Source: a virus
Lineage: Duplodnaviria > Caudoviricetes
Direction: 5' to 3' (one strand)
Length of the DNA: 64,000 bases
IMG/VR virus record: IMGVR_UViG_3300029928_000003
This document shows, piece by piece, positions 8,333 to 17,776 of this stretch. The notes beneath the pieces are model-generated. The model ran no database searches. It had not been told where the DNA came from and saw nothing but the letters and a program-made list of their open reading frames with translations. Position 1 is the first letter of the stretch. Every line of letters starts with the position of its first letter. A program made the translations under genes and the position numbers.

Positions 8333-9940
8333 ATGACTAAAACAAAATTAATAAATAAAAAAGAATCTATACAATTCAATTTACCTAATGGTACTAAATC
8401 TCCAGTATTTAAAAATGGGGATGAAGCAGCTGAATGGTATGTACAAAACTTTCCTAGAACTGGTTATCATATAACCACTTAGCAACCCCTTTCCCAATAG
8501 CCGAATAATCCTACAGTAACTTTACCAGAGATTACTGTATATCCTAATGTGGCAGCTAAAAAATAGGCAGAAGAAGATCAGAATAATAAAGAGTAGATAA
8601 TTAATGGTAATTATTTCGGCCATAAATTTACCCCTACAGAAGCTAATATTAATTATTATTTAAACTTATATGATAAAGATAAATAGGTTCATAACGCAAC
8701 TGATTCTAAAGAATGGGCTAAATTTGCTTTAGCTAATGCCGTTACAGGTGCAGGTCTTTATGGTATAGGTTCTGCTGTATTAGCATCTCCTACTTTAACT
8801 ACTGTCGGTAAAATAGGGGCTGATATTGGTTTGGGTTATGTAGGAGGAAAAGGAGTCGATTAGACTTCTAAAGCTATTACTGGAAAAACTTTTGGTTAGA
8901 ATTTAGGTGATGCAGTAACTAATAATACTTCTCTTGCATTGACCCCTGAATTAGCTGACATGCTTAATCCTGGATATTTACTTGCATTTAATAATGTTTA
9001 TGGATTAAGAAATAAAGCATTATCTTATTTCAAATCTAAATCACCAGAACTTAAAGCTATAGGTAAAACTATGGAATTTAAAACCGAGAATACAGTAGGT
9101 TCTGAAATGTTTGAATCTCCTAATATTTGGAATATTTCGGAGAAACATTAGAGGGCTTATCCTGTTGAAGTAAATAAAGCACTTCCAATATATTTACAAA
9201 AGCCAGCATTGGATGCTATGCGTAAAAAATATATTTTATTCATGAAAGTTCCTATTAGATCTAAAATTCCAGAAGTAGATGATTTGGCTAAGGCACTTAC
9301 TTAGGTTAGAGGGCGTGCAAAAAGTTATTACTAGTCTAGAAAATATAGAAAAAAATTCAGATAGTTTTTAGAAGATAATGCACTTAATAAAGATCTTGAA
9401 GGCACCTATATTCATAGTATAGAAGATCGTTTAGATACTAATCCTACTATGTTAGGTATGAGCTCAAATATTTTGACGCAGGGGGCATAGATGTATCATG
9501 GGGCAATGATAAGCCCTTATAGATTTCATAATAATTTTGTTACTCCTTTTCATGAATATGCACATGCGGCTAATTAGTTCGGTACTTATAATCCTACTAC
9601 TAAGTAGATTGAGATAATTGATCCAACTAGAGATTTAATACAAGATTATAATAAAAAAATGATACAATCATTACCTATTAATCCAGAATTTGATACAACA
9701 TCTAAATATTGGAAATATGTAATAAATGAAAAGGAAGTGGCAGCAAATATGTTGCCTTTGCAAATATTCATGGAAGACCACGGTTATTCTCCAAAGTAGA
9801 TGGTTAATTTTCTAATTAAAAATAATTTTTTAGATAAAAACGCATATAAATACTATTATAATGCCTTAGGTAAAGATGGGCTTACTACTTTAATAGAAAG
9901 AACATTGAAAAAAGGCGGTAAATTAACTAAAAAGAAATGA
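8333..9940 (+). CDS. TAG-recoded 535-aa protein with Gly-rich hydrophobic segment and C-terminal zincin domain
   Basis: Single frame ATG to TGA with 15 in-frame TAG; HEYAH at 9551-9565 and downstream E-x2-A; ends KKGGKLTKKK. Confidence 0.85.
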
Positions 9941-10095
9941 TAACATATAACAATACATCAGAACAAAGAAAATTTCTTGAAAAATATTTAAAAGAACAAG
10001 AAGAATATAAAAGAAAATTGGAACAATATAAAAAAGATAAAAAGGCTGGGAAAAATCCTGACCCGTCTTTTATAATTAATCATACAGTAATTTAA
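9937..10095 (+). CDS. 52-aa charged protein, TAG-free (candidate immunity protein)
   Basis: ATGA overlap with the zincin gene; fills the gap exactly; all three Gln codons are CAA. Confidence 0.65.
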   Translation: MITYNNTSEQRKFLEKYLKEQEEYKRKLEQYKKDKKAGKNPDPSFIINHTVI

Positions 10096-10097
10096 TT

Positions 10098-11390
10098 ATG
10101 CCAACTATTTTATCAGATAACACTAGAGTACAATAGTCTGTAATAAACCCTTATGTAGGAAATTTAAAAAATCAATTAAAACCTAAAGATATTAAAAAAA
10201 TGTCTTTACCCATATAGGCTACGTATGCTCTTTCTAAAGCAATTAATAATAATAAGAAAAAAAGATTAGTAGTTCGTTCTAATACAAAACCACAAGAACC
10301 TGCAGATAATACTAGAGTACAATAGCCTATAAATATTGAACATAGAACTGATAAAGAATAGTTGTAGCATGACTACCCTCAAAACGCACCAGTTTCAGAT
10401 CCTATAACAACTGGTATTAATTATTCCTTACCTGTTATAGGCACAGCGTTAACTGCTGTTGATTTTTATAACGGTCTTAAGGATATTAAAAATAACGGTT
10501 TTAACTTAAATAATACAACATAGACATTTCTTGCAGGTGTTCCATTTTTATCAAAAATGGGTGCTATTACTAAACCTTACAGAATAGGGGCTACAAAGAG
10601 AGCTTTGGAAACGGTTATGAGATCTTCTGGTTTTGGGACTCCTTTTCCAGCAAGATTGGAGCTAAAAGATATAGTACATACAGACCCCTCCAGGCTTATC
10701 CCATTAGCAGCTTATACTCTTACAGGAGCTAGAATAGGCCCTAAAGGATATTATAACTCACTTAATGATTTTACAAAACATCCAGGTCACCATTTTTATA
10801 ATCCTAAAGGAAAGGTACGGTATTATACTGGATTCAGCGATCGTCCGGATAACGATCTTTCTTTTAGATTTCTAAATTAGAATGATATGGTAGATGCTTT
10901 TTTATATAATAAAAAGATATGTCCTTGGTATGGATATGAAAGGACTAATATAGGGGATAATTTTGGAATTCATGCTGATTATATTGCACAAAAATATGCA
11001 GATAAAGCAAGTGATATTCCAGTATATGAAGGTGCTTATAGATCTTTCTTAAAGGTTAGAGATAAACCAAAAATTATAGGTTCTGATGGTAGTAATGATG
11101 GATTCCCACGGATAAATAATACTTAGTTAGATGCAGGAGGACATCTTGTAGAAATAGGCGACTTAATAGGAGATAAAGTATATCGTTATTAGGATATTTG
11201 GAAATTTAACCCTGAAGACTATCTAAACAGATGGGGTCGCCGAATGGGTTTAACATCTAGTGCTCTTAGAAAATATATATCTTACGAGGGTTTAAAATTA
11301 GTTGATAAATTAGGTACACCCGTTATTACTAGAACTCCTTGGAGTTATATAGAAGATATGTCCAAACTAAATAAGTTATATTTTCCCTAA
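10098..11390 (+). CDS. TAG-recoded 430-aa protein (effector/cargo-like)
   Basis: Single frame ATG to TAA with 9 in-frame TAG; joins ORFs 10557 and 10887; duplicated DNTRVQQ; LPVIGTALTAVD segment. Confidence 0.82.
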
Positions 11391-11442
11391 TATGGCTTTA
11401 CCAGAAATATTTAATACAAAATAATTAGATGAAAGATAAGAT

Positions 11443-11507
11443 GATTCGCTAGCTCAGCTGGTAGAGCACAACACTTTTAATGTTAGGTTCGAGCCTCGTC
11501 TTCCGCT
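11443..11507 (+). pseudogene. chimeric tRNA: 5' part of tRNA-Lys(TTT) fused to the 3' end of tRNA-Gly
   Basis: Intact D arm and CAACA-CTTTTAA-TGTT arm; variable loop and 5' T-stem missing; 3' end equals tRNA-Gly and cannot pair with GATTCGC. Confidence 0.8.
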
Positions 11508-11510
11508 CTT
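11491..11510 (+). repeat. 20-bp direct repeat, copy 2
   Basis: Identical to 5859..5878. Confidence 0.95.
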
Positions 11511-11574
11511 TAATTACAGTAAATATTATATTAAATATCTTCCCGATATAAATTTAAAAAAATAATCTAGTATT

Positions 11575-11646
11575 TGCCTTATCGTATAATGGGTATTACA
11601 CAAAATTTTGGATTTTGTAATCTAAGTTCGATTCTTAGTAAGGCAA
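11575..11646 (+). tRNA. tRNA-Gln(TTG)
   Basis: TGCCTTA/TAAGGCA acceptor, CAAAA-TTTTGGA-TTTTG, CTAAG-TTCGATT-CTTAG. Confidence 0.92.
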
Positions 11647-11662
11647 CAATTTTATTAACTTT

Positions 11663-11696
11663 ATCCCTGATTAGGTCGCTCTAGTCAGGGATTTTT
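11663..11696 (+). terminator. Rho-independent terminator
   Basis: ATCCCTGATTAG/CTAGTCAGGGAT followed by T tract. Confidence 0.8.
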
Positions 11697-11711
11697 AATT
11701 TATATACTATT

Positions 11712-12107
11712 ATGAAAATAAGAATTAATTTAATGAAGTTTAAGCACAGTGATAAAACCACTGTATGTGTAATTAAATCAGAGTATTGTATAGATTGGAA
11801 TGAAGCAAACACTCGTGGTAATATTAATGTAGCAAAACAATTAAATGTAACACAACGTAGTCTAAATGGCCTTGAAGTTGTTGTTACTGCTAGAACTACT
11901 TGTAAGTCTCCTGATAAATTTGATAAGGTATTAGGAGAACGCATTGCAGAAAGTAAAGCTAAAATTAAATTAGGTAAAAAATTAAAAAAGATTAACGATA
12001 TCTTTAAAGAAAGTTTAGAAACTTCTATAGATATACTTACAGAAAATGATACTAAATTTAATAGATTTATTTCTACAGAAAAAAAGCATTTAAATGATCT
12101 CAAATAA
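11712..12107 (+). CDS. phage protein with C-x3-D-x-F-x4-G motif
   Basis: TTCKSPDKFDKVLGERIAESKAK. Confidence 0.75.
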   Translation: MKIRINLMKFKHSDKTTVCVIKSEYCIDWNEANTRGNINVAKQLNVTQRSLNGLEVVVTARTTCKSPDKFDKVLGERIAESKAKIKLGKKLKKINDIFKESLETSIDILTENDTKFNRFISTEKKHLNDLK

Positions 12108-12510
12108 TGATTTACAGAAGCTTAAAGAATGGGCATCAGATAAAGAATTTACGTTACCTAATGGCCAAATATTATTAGCATCTGATTTTATAAATAAAAA
12201 GATATTTGATCATCATAATTGGTTTACTTCTTGGTTAATAGATAGATTACAGCTTTCTAAATTACTTAACCCAAATTTTCTTATAATATATCCGGATATA
12301 TTGATTGATTTTGGATTTAGATTTTCATCATCTTTTAATGGATTTAGATATAATTTCAAAAATGGATATGTAATAGCTAGACTTTTACCTAAAAATGAAT
12401 GGATGTTTCAAATATTTGATTCTGAACACAATACTTTAGGTACTATCTATTTACAGAGAGTAGGCGCGTTTAATAAGTTTTTTAAGTTTTTAAAAGAATG
12501 GCTAAGATAA
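12094..12510 (+). CDS. hypothetical protein
   Basis: 138-aa ORF, overlapping operon layout. Confidence 0.7.
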   Translation: MISNNDLQKLKEWASDKEFTLPNGQILLASDFINKKIFDHHNWFTSWLIDRLQLSKLLNPNFLIIYPDILIDFGFRFSSSFNGFRYNFKNGYVIARLLPKNEWMFQIFDSEHNTLGTIYLQRVGAFNKFFKFLKEWLR

Positions 12511-12698
12511 ATAATAATGAGATTGAAGAGTATATAGATGAAGAATTTACTCGCTCATATACTCCTGGAGCTTATAATTATTTTGAGAAGTACTGTGATG
12601 CTTGCGATAATTTTAAAACTCGTAATTGTCCTTTTAAAAGAATAGTTACGGAAAATACTCGTTGGCAAGATTTAAAGTGTAATAATTTTAATGATTAA
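12498..12698 (+). CDS. small Cys-rich (putative Zn-binding) protein
   Basis: CxxC...CP...C. Confidence 0.65.
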   Translation: MAKINNNEIEEYIDEEFTRSYTPGAYNYFEKYCDACDNFKTRNCPFKRIVTENTRWQDLKCNNFND

Positions 12699-12704
12699 AT
12701 AATT

Positions 12705-12992
12705 ATGTGGGCAGAAGATCAAGATTGGTATGGATTGGAAGAACTTATTAATGATGATTTATTTCATTATGAAGGACTTAAAACAATTCAAAAAGTAGTT
12801 AAAACAAATACTTGGGTAGTTCAAGAAACTATTGTTTGGGAAACTAAAAGTGGTGAATTACTTAGTATTACTGATATGGAAACAAGTCATATCAAGAATT
12901 GTATTAAACTTATTAAAGATCATAATTGGAGAAGAGTTTATCTTCCAATATTTATTCAAGAATTAAAAGATAGAGGAGAATGGAACAGTTAA
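12705..12992 (+). CDS. hypothetical protein
   Basis: WETKSG...ITDMETSHIKNCI, a pattern common in phage proteins. Confidence 0.75.
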   Translation: MWAEDQDWYGLEELINDDLFHYEGLKTIQKVVKTNTWVVQETIVWETKSGELLSITDMETSHIKNCIKLIKDHNWRRVYLPIFIQELKDRGEWNS

Positions 12993-13159
12993 TTGTATTT
13001 GATAGTGCAGAAGGAACTCTCACTATTTATAATGTAAAGAATTATCCTATTTTAGATGAACCAAATATAGATATGGATGAAATCCTAACTCAATTTGGTT
13101 TTGATCCAACATATTGTACTACAATGTGGAGTAGAGATACTAATATTGAAATAAGATGA
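12980..13159 (+). CDS. 59-aa protein, paralog of 32917 and 44994 genes
   Basis: MEQLIVFDSAEGTLTIY...EILTQFGFD; fills the gap with overlapping start and stop. Confidence 0.7.
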   Translation: MEQLIVFDSAEGTLTIYNVKNYPILDEPNIDMDEILTQFGFDPTYCTTMWSRDTNIEIR

Positions 13160-13698
13160 TAGGTACACATAATTCAATGACGTATCTTAAACCTAGAACT
13201 TGGTGGATGCGTTTAGTTAATAGATGGGCAAAATGTCAAGATAAAACATTAGAAGAACAATTAAAATCTTATAAGTGTTTTGATTTTCGAGTATTTTATT
13301 ACAGAGGGAGTTGGTGTTTTGCACATGGCTTTTGTGAATATACTAGTACGACTATTTATCAAGCTTTAAATAAAATTGAAGAGCTTAAAGGTAATCATAC
13401 TATATATGTAAGACTTATCTTAGAAAAATCTGATGATATGTCAAGTGCTTTTGTTAATCTTTGTAAGAAGTTAGAAACTCAATATTCTAATATTAATTTC
13501 TTTGGTGGCAATAGAAAGTCAGATTGGAAGAAATTATATACATTTAGTACTGGTATATCTGATAATAAAGTTCATCAATATGTATCTTCTATGCAACCTT
13601 GTAGTAAATTAATTACTCCAAGAGAGTATGCTAAAAAACATAATGAAGAAAATTTAAAAAAGTTATCAAAAGATATTGATTTATTCGATTTTATATAA
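13156..13698 (+). CDS. PI-PLC X-domain-like phosphodiesterase
   Basis: GTHNS, CQ..TLEEQL, FDFRV, FAHG motifs. Confidence 0.8.
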   Translation: MIGTHNSMTYLKPRTWWMRLVNRWAKCQDKTLEEQLKSYKCFDFRVFYYRGSWCFAHGFCEYTSTTIYQALNKIEELKGNHTIYVRLILEKSDDMSSAFVNLCKKLETQYSNINFFGGNRKSDWKKLYTFSTGISDNKVHQYVSSMQPCSKLITPREYAKKHNEENLKKLSKDIDLFDFI

Positions 13699-13943
13699 TG
13701 GAAAGAGATATTTTAATATGTTCTTGTGGAAGTCCTGAACATCAAATAATTGTTAGTTATTTAAATAACCAAGTGTATTTAACAATACATTTGGTTAGAC
13801 TTCCGTTTTTTCAAAGATTATGGAAAGGTATTGCATATATCTTCGGGTATCGTTCTAAGTATGGAGCATTCGATGAATTTATCTTAGATAAAAATGACTC
13901 AGATAAACTTCTAAAAATTAAAAAATATTTAGATGAAGTTTGA
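13698..13943 (+). CDS. hypothetical protein (CxC-x3-H)
   Basis: CSCGSPEH; RLWKGIAYIFG. Confidence 0.75.
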   Translation: MERDILICSCGSPEHQIIVSYLNNQVYLTIHLVRLPFFQRLWKGIAYIFGYRSKYGAFDEFILDKNDSDKLLKIKKYLDEV

Positions 13944-14340
13944 TATTGATCCAGTTCTTACCTTAGACTTAAAAGATGATATATTTATGAATTATGATAA
14001 ACATCTTTATGAGTTCTTAGGTAAGAACGTTTTAAATGCTTTCTATTTTGGATTAATTATAAAGAAAATATTTGATAAATTAGAACCAGAGCAACAATAT
14101 CTATATTCTAAAGAATTAAGGCATTTAGTAAGGGATATTGAACAATATAATTCTCAAATCCAATACTGGACTAAAAAATATGCCAATAAAGATTTATTTA
14201 AAACTATAGAAGATATTTATAATAATATTATATGGTTTCCAGATACTGAAGATATAGATAAAATAAAAGTTGCTTTATTTTTAGCAATTACAATTGAATC
14301 GGCAATAGATGAAGACAAAATCTTACCAAGTTTACACTGA
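13933..14340 (+). CDS. hypothetical protein
   Basis: 135-aa ORF. Confidence 0.7.
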   Translation: MKFDIDPVLTLDLKDDIFMNYDKHLYEFLGKNVLNAFYFGLIIKKIFDKLEPEQQYLYSKELRHLVRDIEQYNSQIQYWTKKYANKDLFKTIEDIYNNIIWFPDTEDIDKIKVALFLAITIESAIDEDKILPSLH

Positions 14341-14728
14341 TGGGGCTTATTCTTCTTTAAGAGATCAAGGTGGAGTAGGATTAGTAGTACTTAAAGATAA
14401 TGAAAAAATATTATCATTTTCTCATAATTATAAACATACTACTAATAATCAAATGGAATTATTAGCAATCATAATTGCATTAGCTACTATTAAAAAACCA
14501 ATTGATAAACTTATAATCTATTCTGATAGTATGTATTGTGTTGGTTGTATTACTAAAAATTGGAAGCGTAAAAAGAATCCAAAATTATGGAAAGAGTTTG
14601 ATAAACAATATTTAAGAGTATCTTCATTGTGCCCTAATATTATATTTCAACATATAAAAGGACACAATGGAGATACTTGGAATACTTATGTAGATAAATT
14701 AGCAAATAAAGCAAGTCAATTATTATGA
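14309..14728 (+). CDS. rnhA: ribonuclease HI
   Basis: YTDGA, TTNNQMEL, YSDSMY, HIKGHNG..N..VDKLA. Confidence 0.95.
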   Translation: MKTKSYQVYTDGAYSSLRDQGGVGLVVLKDNEKILSFSHNYKHTTNNQMELLAIIIALATIKKPIDKLIIYSDSMYCVGCITKNWKRKKNPKLWKEFDKQYLRVSSLCPNIIFQHIKGHNGDTWNTYVDKLANKASQLL

Positions 14729-14961
14729 ATATAGATAATACAATTCGTGATATATTGGAGAAATATGATTTTAATAAGATAATGAAGCTTATTAATATTG
14801 AATTTCCTAATATAAAAGTATACGAAATAATGATGTATACTTTATTACTTTTAGAACAATCTAAAGATATTAATTGTGATATTGAATCATGGTTTAATGA
14901 TAAGATTGTAATACAAGTAAATTATAGTGATAAATACATATTAATACACGTAATAATATGA
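14725..14961 (+). CDS. hypothetical protein
   Basis: 78 aa, ATGA-coupled. Confidence 0.6.
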   Translation: MNIDNTIRDILEKYDFNKIMKLINIEFPNIKVYEIMMYTLLLLEQSKDINCDIESWFNDKIVIQVNYSDKYILIHVII

Positions 14962-15377
14962 AATTAAATAATAGAGAAATATCTGCAATTGCAGATAAAG
15001 TTTATAATGAGCTAAGTAATGAATATACTATAGAATTACAAAGAGTAATTCACGAATATATTCCAAGTGCTAAATATATTAATACTCAAGAATTAATTGA
15101 AGAAACTTTAGATATTGCTAAAGAATATAATCAACTATTACAAAGATGGGGTGAAATTAGAAGAGAACTTAATTTAGGATGCTATTATGATTTAGATAAT
15201 ATAGAAAGAGATAGTGATAAAATTCTTGAGAATATTATATTAAAAGAACATCCTATCAAAGATATTCCTAGCAAGGATAATATTGTAAATGATATTATTA
15301 TTGCTAATATTGATCCTGAATTTAATGTAGATAATTTTATTAAAGAAGCTATAGAAAAATGGAAGATAAGTTTATAA
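14958..15377 (+). CDS. hypothetical protein
   Basis: 139 aa, ATGA-coupled. Confidence 0.7.
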   Translation: MKLNNREISAIADKVYNELSNEYTIELQRVIHEYIPSAKYINTQELIEETLDIAKEYNQLLQRWGEIRRELNLGCYYDLDNIERDSDKILENIILKEHPIKDIPSKDNIVNDIIIANIDPEFNVDNFIKEAIEKWKISL

Positions 15378-15688
15378 ACAAAGTAAAGAATGTGATTAGT
15401 AGAAAACCATTAAATGCAGAAACAGCATATACATTATCTGTTTATGGACAACGTATGTCTAAAGATAATGTATATCAAAAAAGTATTTCTGATATTGAAA
15501 GTCGTATTGAATTAAGAAGTCAAAATAAAGGTACTTCTATTCTTTATGAATATGATAATAATTTTCCAACTATGGGAGAAGATATTATGAAATACTTTAA
15601 AGATTTAGGTTATATTGTATTAATGATAGATTCTTCAACTTTTAAAGAAATTAAAAATCCTAAATTATTAATTAGTTGGGAACGATGA
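15359..15688 (+). CDS. hypothetical protein
   Basis: 109 aa ending LGY...LLISW. Confidence 0.7.
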   Translation: MEDKFINKVKNVISRKPLNAETAYTLSVYGQRMSKDNVYQKSISDIESRIELRSQNKGTSILYEYDNNFPTMGEDIMKYFKDLGYIVLMIDSSTFKEIKNPKLLISWER

Positions 15689-15945
15689 CTATAGAAGAAA
15701 AAGATTTTAAATTAACTTGTTGTCAAGGTTATTGTTGGGATTTAGAATTATTACAAACTATAAAACCTAAAGGTAAACCAGAACGACAAGAATTTCAAAT
15801 TGAAGGATATTCCATGACTTTAGAAAGATGTTTACAGCATATTGTAAATTATCGTTTAGGTAAAAAACAAAAAACTTATTCTTTAAAAGAATACTTAAAT
15901 CTATATAAACAAGAAGTAGAAAAATTAAAAGATTTAGTAAAATGA
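15676..15945 (+). CDS. hypothetical protein
   Basis: 89-aa ORF. Confidence 0.7.
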   Translation: MGTMTIEEKDFKLTCCQGYCWDLELLQTIKPKGKPERQEFQIEGYSMTLERCLQHIVNYRLGKKQKTYSLKEYLNLYKQEVEKLKDLVK

Positions 15946-16535
15946 AAGTACATATTCAGCATTTACATGATTCTTTTGTAGATTACAAAGGTAAAACACA
16001 TTATTTAACTTTAGTAGCAATTAGTGAAGAACTTCCTATTAAGAATTGTGAATTAAAGAATCCTGTTGAAGAATATAATCCAGATAATGCAGTTACTTAT
16101 GATGTTTGTGAATATTTAGATAACTTTGGATGCCTTAATTATATTGGGGAAGTTGCTAAAGGTTTAAAAATAGGTATTTCTGTTTGTAACCCATTAGATA
16201 AATTTGATCCAGAAATAGGGCTTAAGAGAGCTACTGCTAAAGCAAAACAAAGTAACTATGTATTATTTGTAACAGATAAAGGTCTTATTAATACTGCACT
16301 GGTTACTGCTTTACTTCATCAAGAAGCTGAATTTATTAAGAATAATCCTAATAAGATTATTAAAGGATATAATGAAGCTATGAAGAAATATCAAAAGCAA
16401 CAAGAAGAAATTAGTAAGATGAAAACTTTTAAAAAGAATTTATCTGAAAATGAAAGAATTGCAGTTAAAGTAGCTAAAGAAAATCCAGGATTTCTTCATA
16501 AATTAATGTCTTATGTTGAATGGCTAAAGAAATAA
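15942..16535 (+). CDS. phage protein with C-x3-D-x-F-x4-G motif
   Basis: ISVCNPLDKFDPEIGLKRATAKAK. Confidence 0.75.
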   Translation: MKVHIQHLHDSFVDYKGKTHYLTLVAISEELPIKNCELKNPVEEYNPDNAVTYDVCEYLDNFGCLNYIGEVAKGLKIGISVCNPLDKFDPEIGLKRATAKAKQSNYVLFVTDKGLINTALVTALLHQEAEFIKNNPNKIIKGYNEAMKKYQKQQEEISKMKTFKKNLSENERIAVKVAKENPGFLHKLMSYVEWLKK

Positions 16536-16864
16536 AACTTTTAAATATTGGAATAATTACAGTAATTGTATTGCTTGTTATTAATTTAGTAATACTTTAT
16601 AAACAACCTGCTAATGACTATAATAAGATAGATTCTTTATCCACTAAAATAGATTCATTATCTTTAGTTAGAGATTCTATAGTTAGACAAGTAGATACAA
16701 TTACTGTTAAACTAAAAGAGAATGATAAGAACTACTATAAAACGTTCTATATTATCGCTAATAATACTGTTACCGATGACTATATTTTCTTCAGAAAATA
16801 CCTTGCGGATAACAAAGCAAGACTCGATAGTATCAGTGACAGCATCAGAATTAAAGGAAACTAA
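16520..16864 (+). CDS. membrane-anchored coiled-coil protein (spanin-like)
   Basis: N-terminal TM helix then coiled coil with DSL/DSI/DTI motifs. Confidence 0.6.
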   Translation: MAKEIKLLNIGIITVIVLLVINLVILYKQPANDYNKIDSLSTKIDSLSLVRDSIVRQVDTITVKLKENDKNYYKTFYIIANNTVTDDYIFFRKYLADNKARLDSISDSIRIKGN

Positions 16865-17138
16865 TCTTATATTTATTGAGCATAATAAGTTTAGAATAGA
16901 AAATAATTTATTAAAGAATCAATGTATTAATTATCAAAATATAATTAATAATCAAGTTCAAACAGATTCTATTAAAACTATACAGCTTAATTCTTATAAA
17001 GATAAAGTTAATTCTTTAATATTAGATAATAGTAATCTTACCAATAGGATTACTCAACAGAAATCTCAATTAAAATATTGGAAGATTGGAGGATTTACAG
17101 TTGCAGCTAGCCTGCTATTAATTTTATTATTAAAATGA
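16722..17138 (+). CDS. signal peptide, coiled coil and C-terminal TM (spanin-like partner)
   Basis: Out-of-frame overlap of 143 nt with the previous gene; hydrophobic at both ends. Confidence 0.6.
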   Translation: MIRTTIKRSILSLIILLPMTIFSSENTLRITKQDSIVSVTASELKETNLIFIEHNKFRIENNLLKNQCINYQNIINNQVQTDSIKTIQLNSYKDKVNSLILDNSNLTNRITQQKSQLKYWKIGGFTVAASLLLILLLK

Positions 17139-17452
17139 TTCAAAACACTGCTAAAGAAAAAGCTCTATTAAAGAAGCTTAAATTTAAAAGTAAAGATAGC
17201 CATTTTCATAATGTTCCTCTTCGTCATATACAAGTATATGATAAGTTAATTATTTATTTGAAGAAGAACAAAGAATTTGACAAGACTACTTATAGTTTAA
17301 AATGCTGGCAACATGAGATTCCAGAATTAATCAGTAATTTTCAGATAGTTAATCCCAGAACTAAACAGATGGAATCAGTAGTGTTGAAATATTCTTGGAA
17401 TGGTAGAGAATATAAGCCAGACGAAAAACCCTTCTACGGGTTTGTACTATGA
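17135..17452 (+). CDS. hypothetical protein
   Basis: 105-aa ORF. Confidence 0.7.
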   Translation: MIQNTAKEKALLKKLKFKSKDSHFHNVPLRHIQVYDKLIIYLKKNKEFDKTTYSLKCWQHEIPELISNFQIVNPRTKQMESVVLKYSWNGREYKPDEKPFYGFVL

Positions 17453-17599
17453 GATAACCACATATAAAGTAAAGGATAATTGTATCGGTATTATAGGTAC
17501 TAAATGCTGTAAAGTTAATAAGCCATTAATTATTAAAACGGATACTATTATAAGGAATTATAAAAATTATAAAGTAATCAGTTTTATTAATTTAATTGA

Positions 17600-17776
17600 A
17601 TGAACTTAAATAGTTTAATTAAGGATAAATATGGTATTAAACTAAAATATACAGATAGAACCTGTAAGAATTGTAGAAAATATCCTTGTTTTAGTGGGAT
17701 AGAAAAGTGTGCTTGTGATTTTGCTAAATATGGCTGTAGATATTATTTAGAACCTTTTATTCATAATAAGTTCTAA
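17600..17776 (+). CDS. 58-aa Cys-rich protein
   Basis: RTCKNCRKYPCF...CACDFAKYGC; fills the gap, below the track cutoff. Confidence 0.65.
   Translation: MNLNSLIKDKYGIKLKYTDRTCKNCRKYPCFSGIEKCACDFAKYGCRYYLEPFIHNKF

Noticed and set aside
7025-11390. Pseudogene cluster
   Set aside because: All 33 interruptions are TAG, with no TAA/TGA or frameshifts; random decay would not produce this
11575-11646. tRNA-Gln as the recoding suppressor
   Set aside because: The anticodon is TTG, which reads CAA/CAG, not TAG
2503-11660. HDV-like theta ribozymes at tRNA 3' ends
   Set aside because: Sequences directly after each tRNA are AT-rich and lack the nested double-pseudoknot pattern
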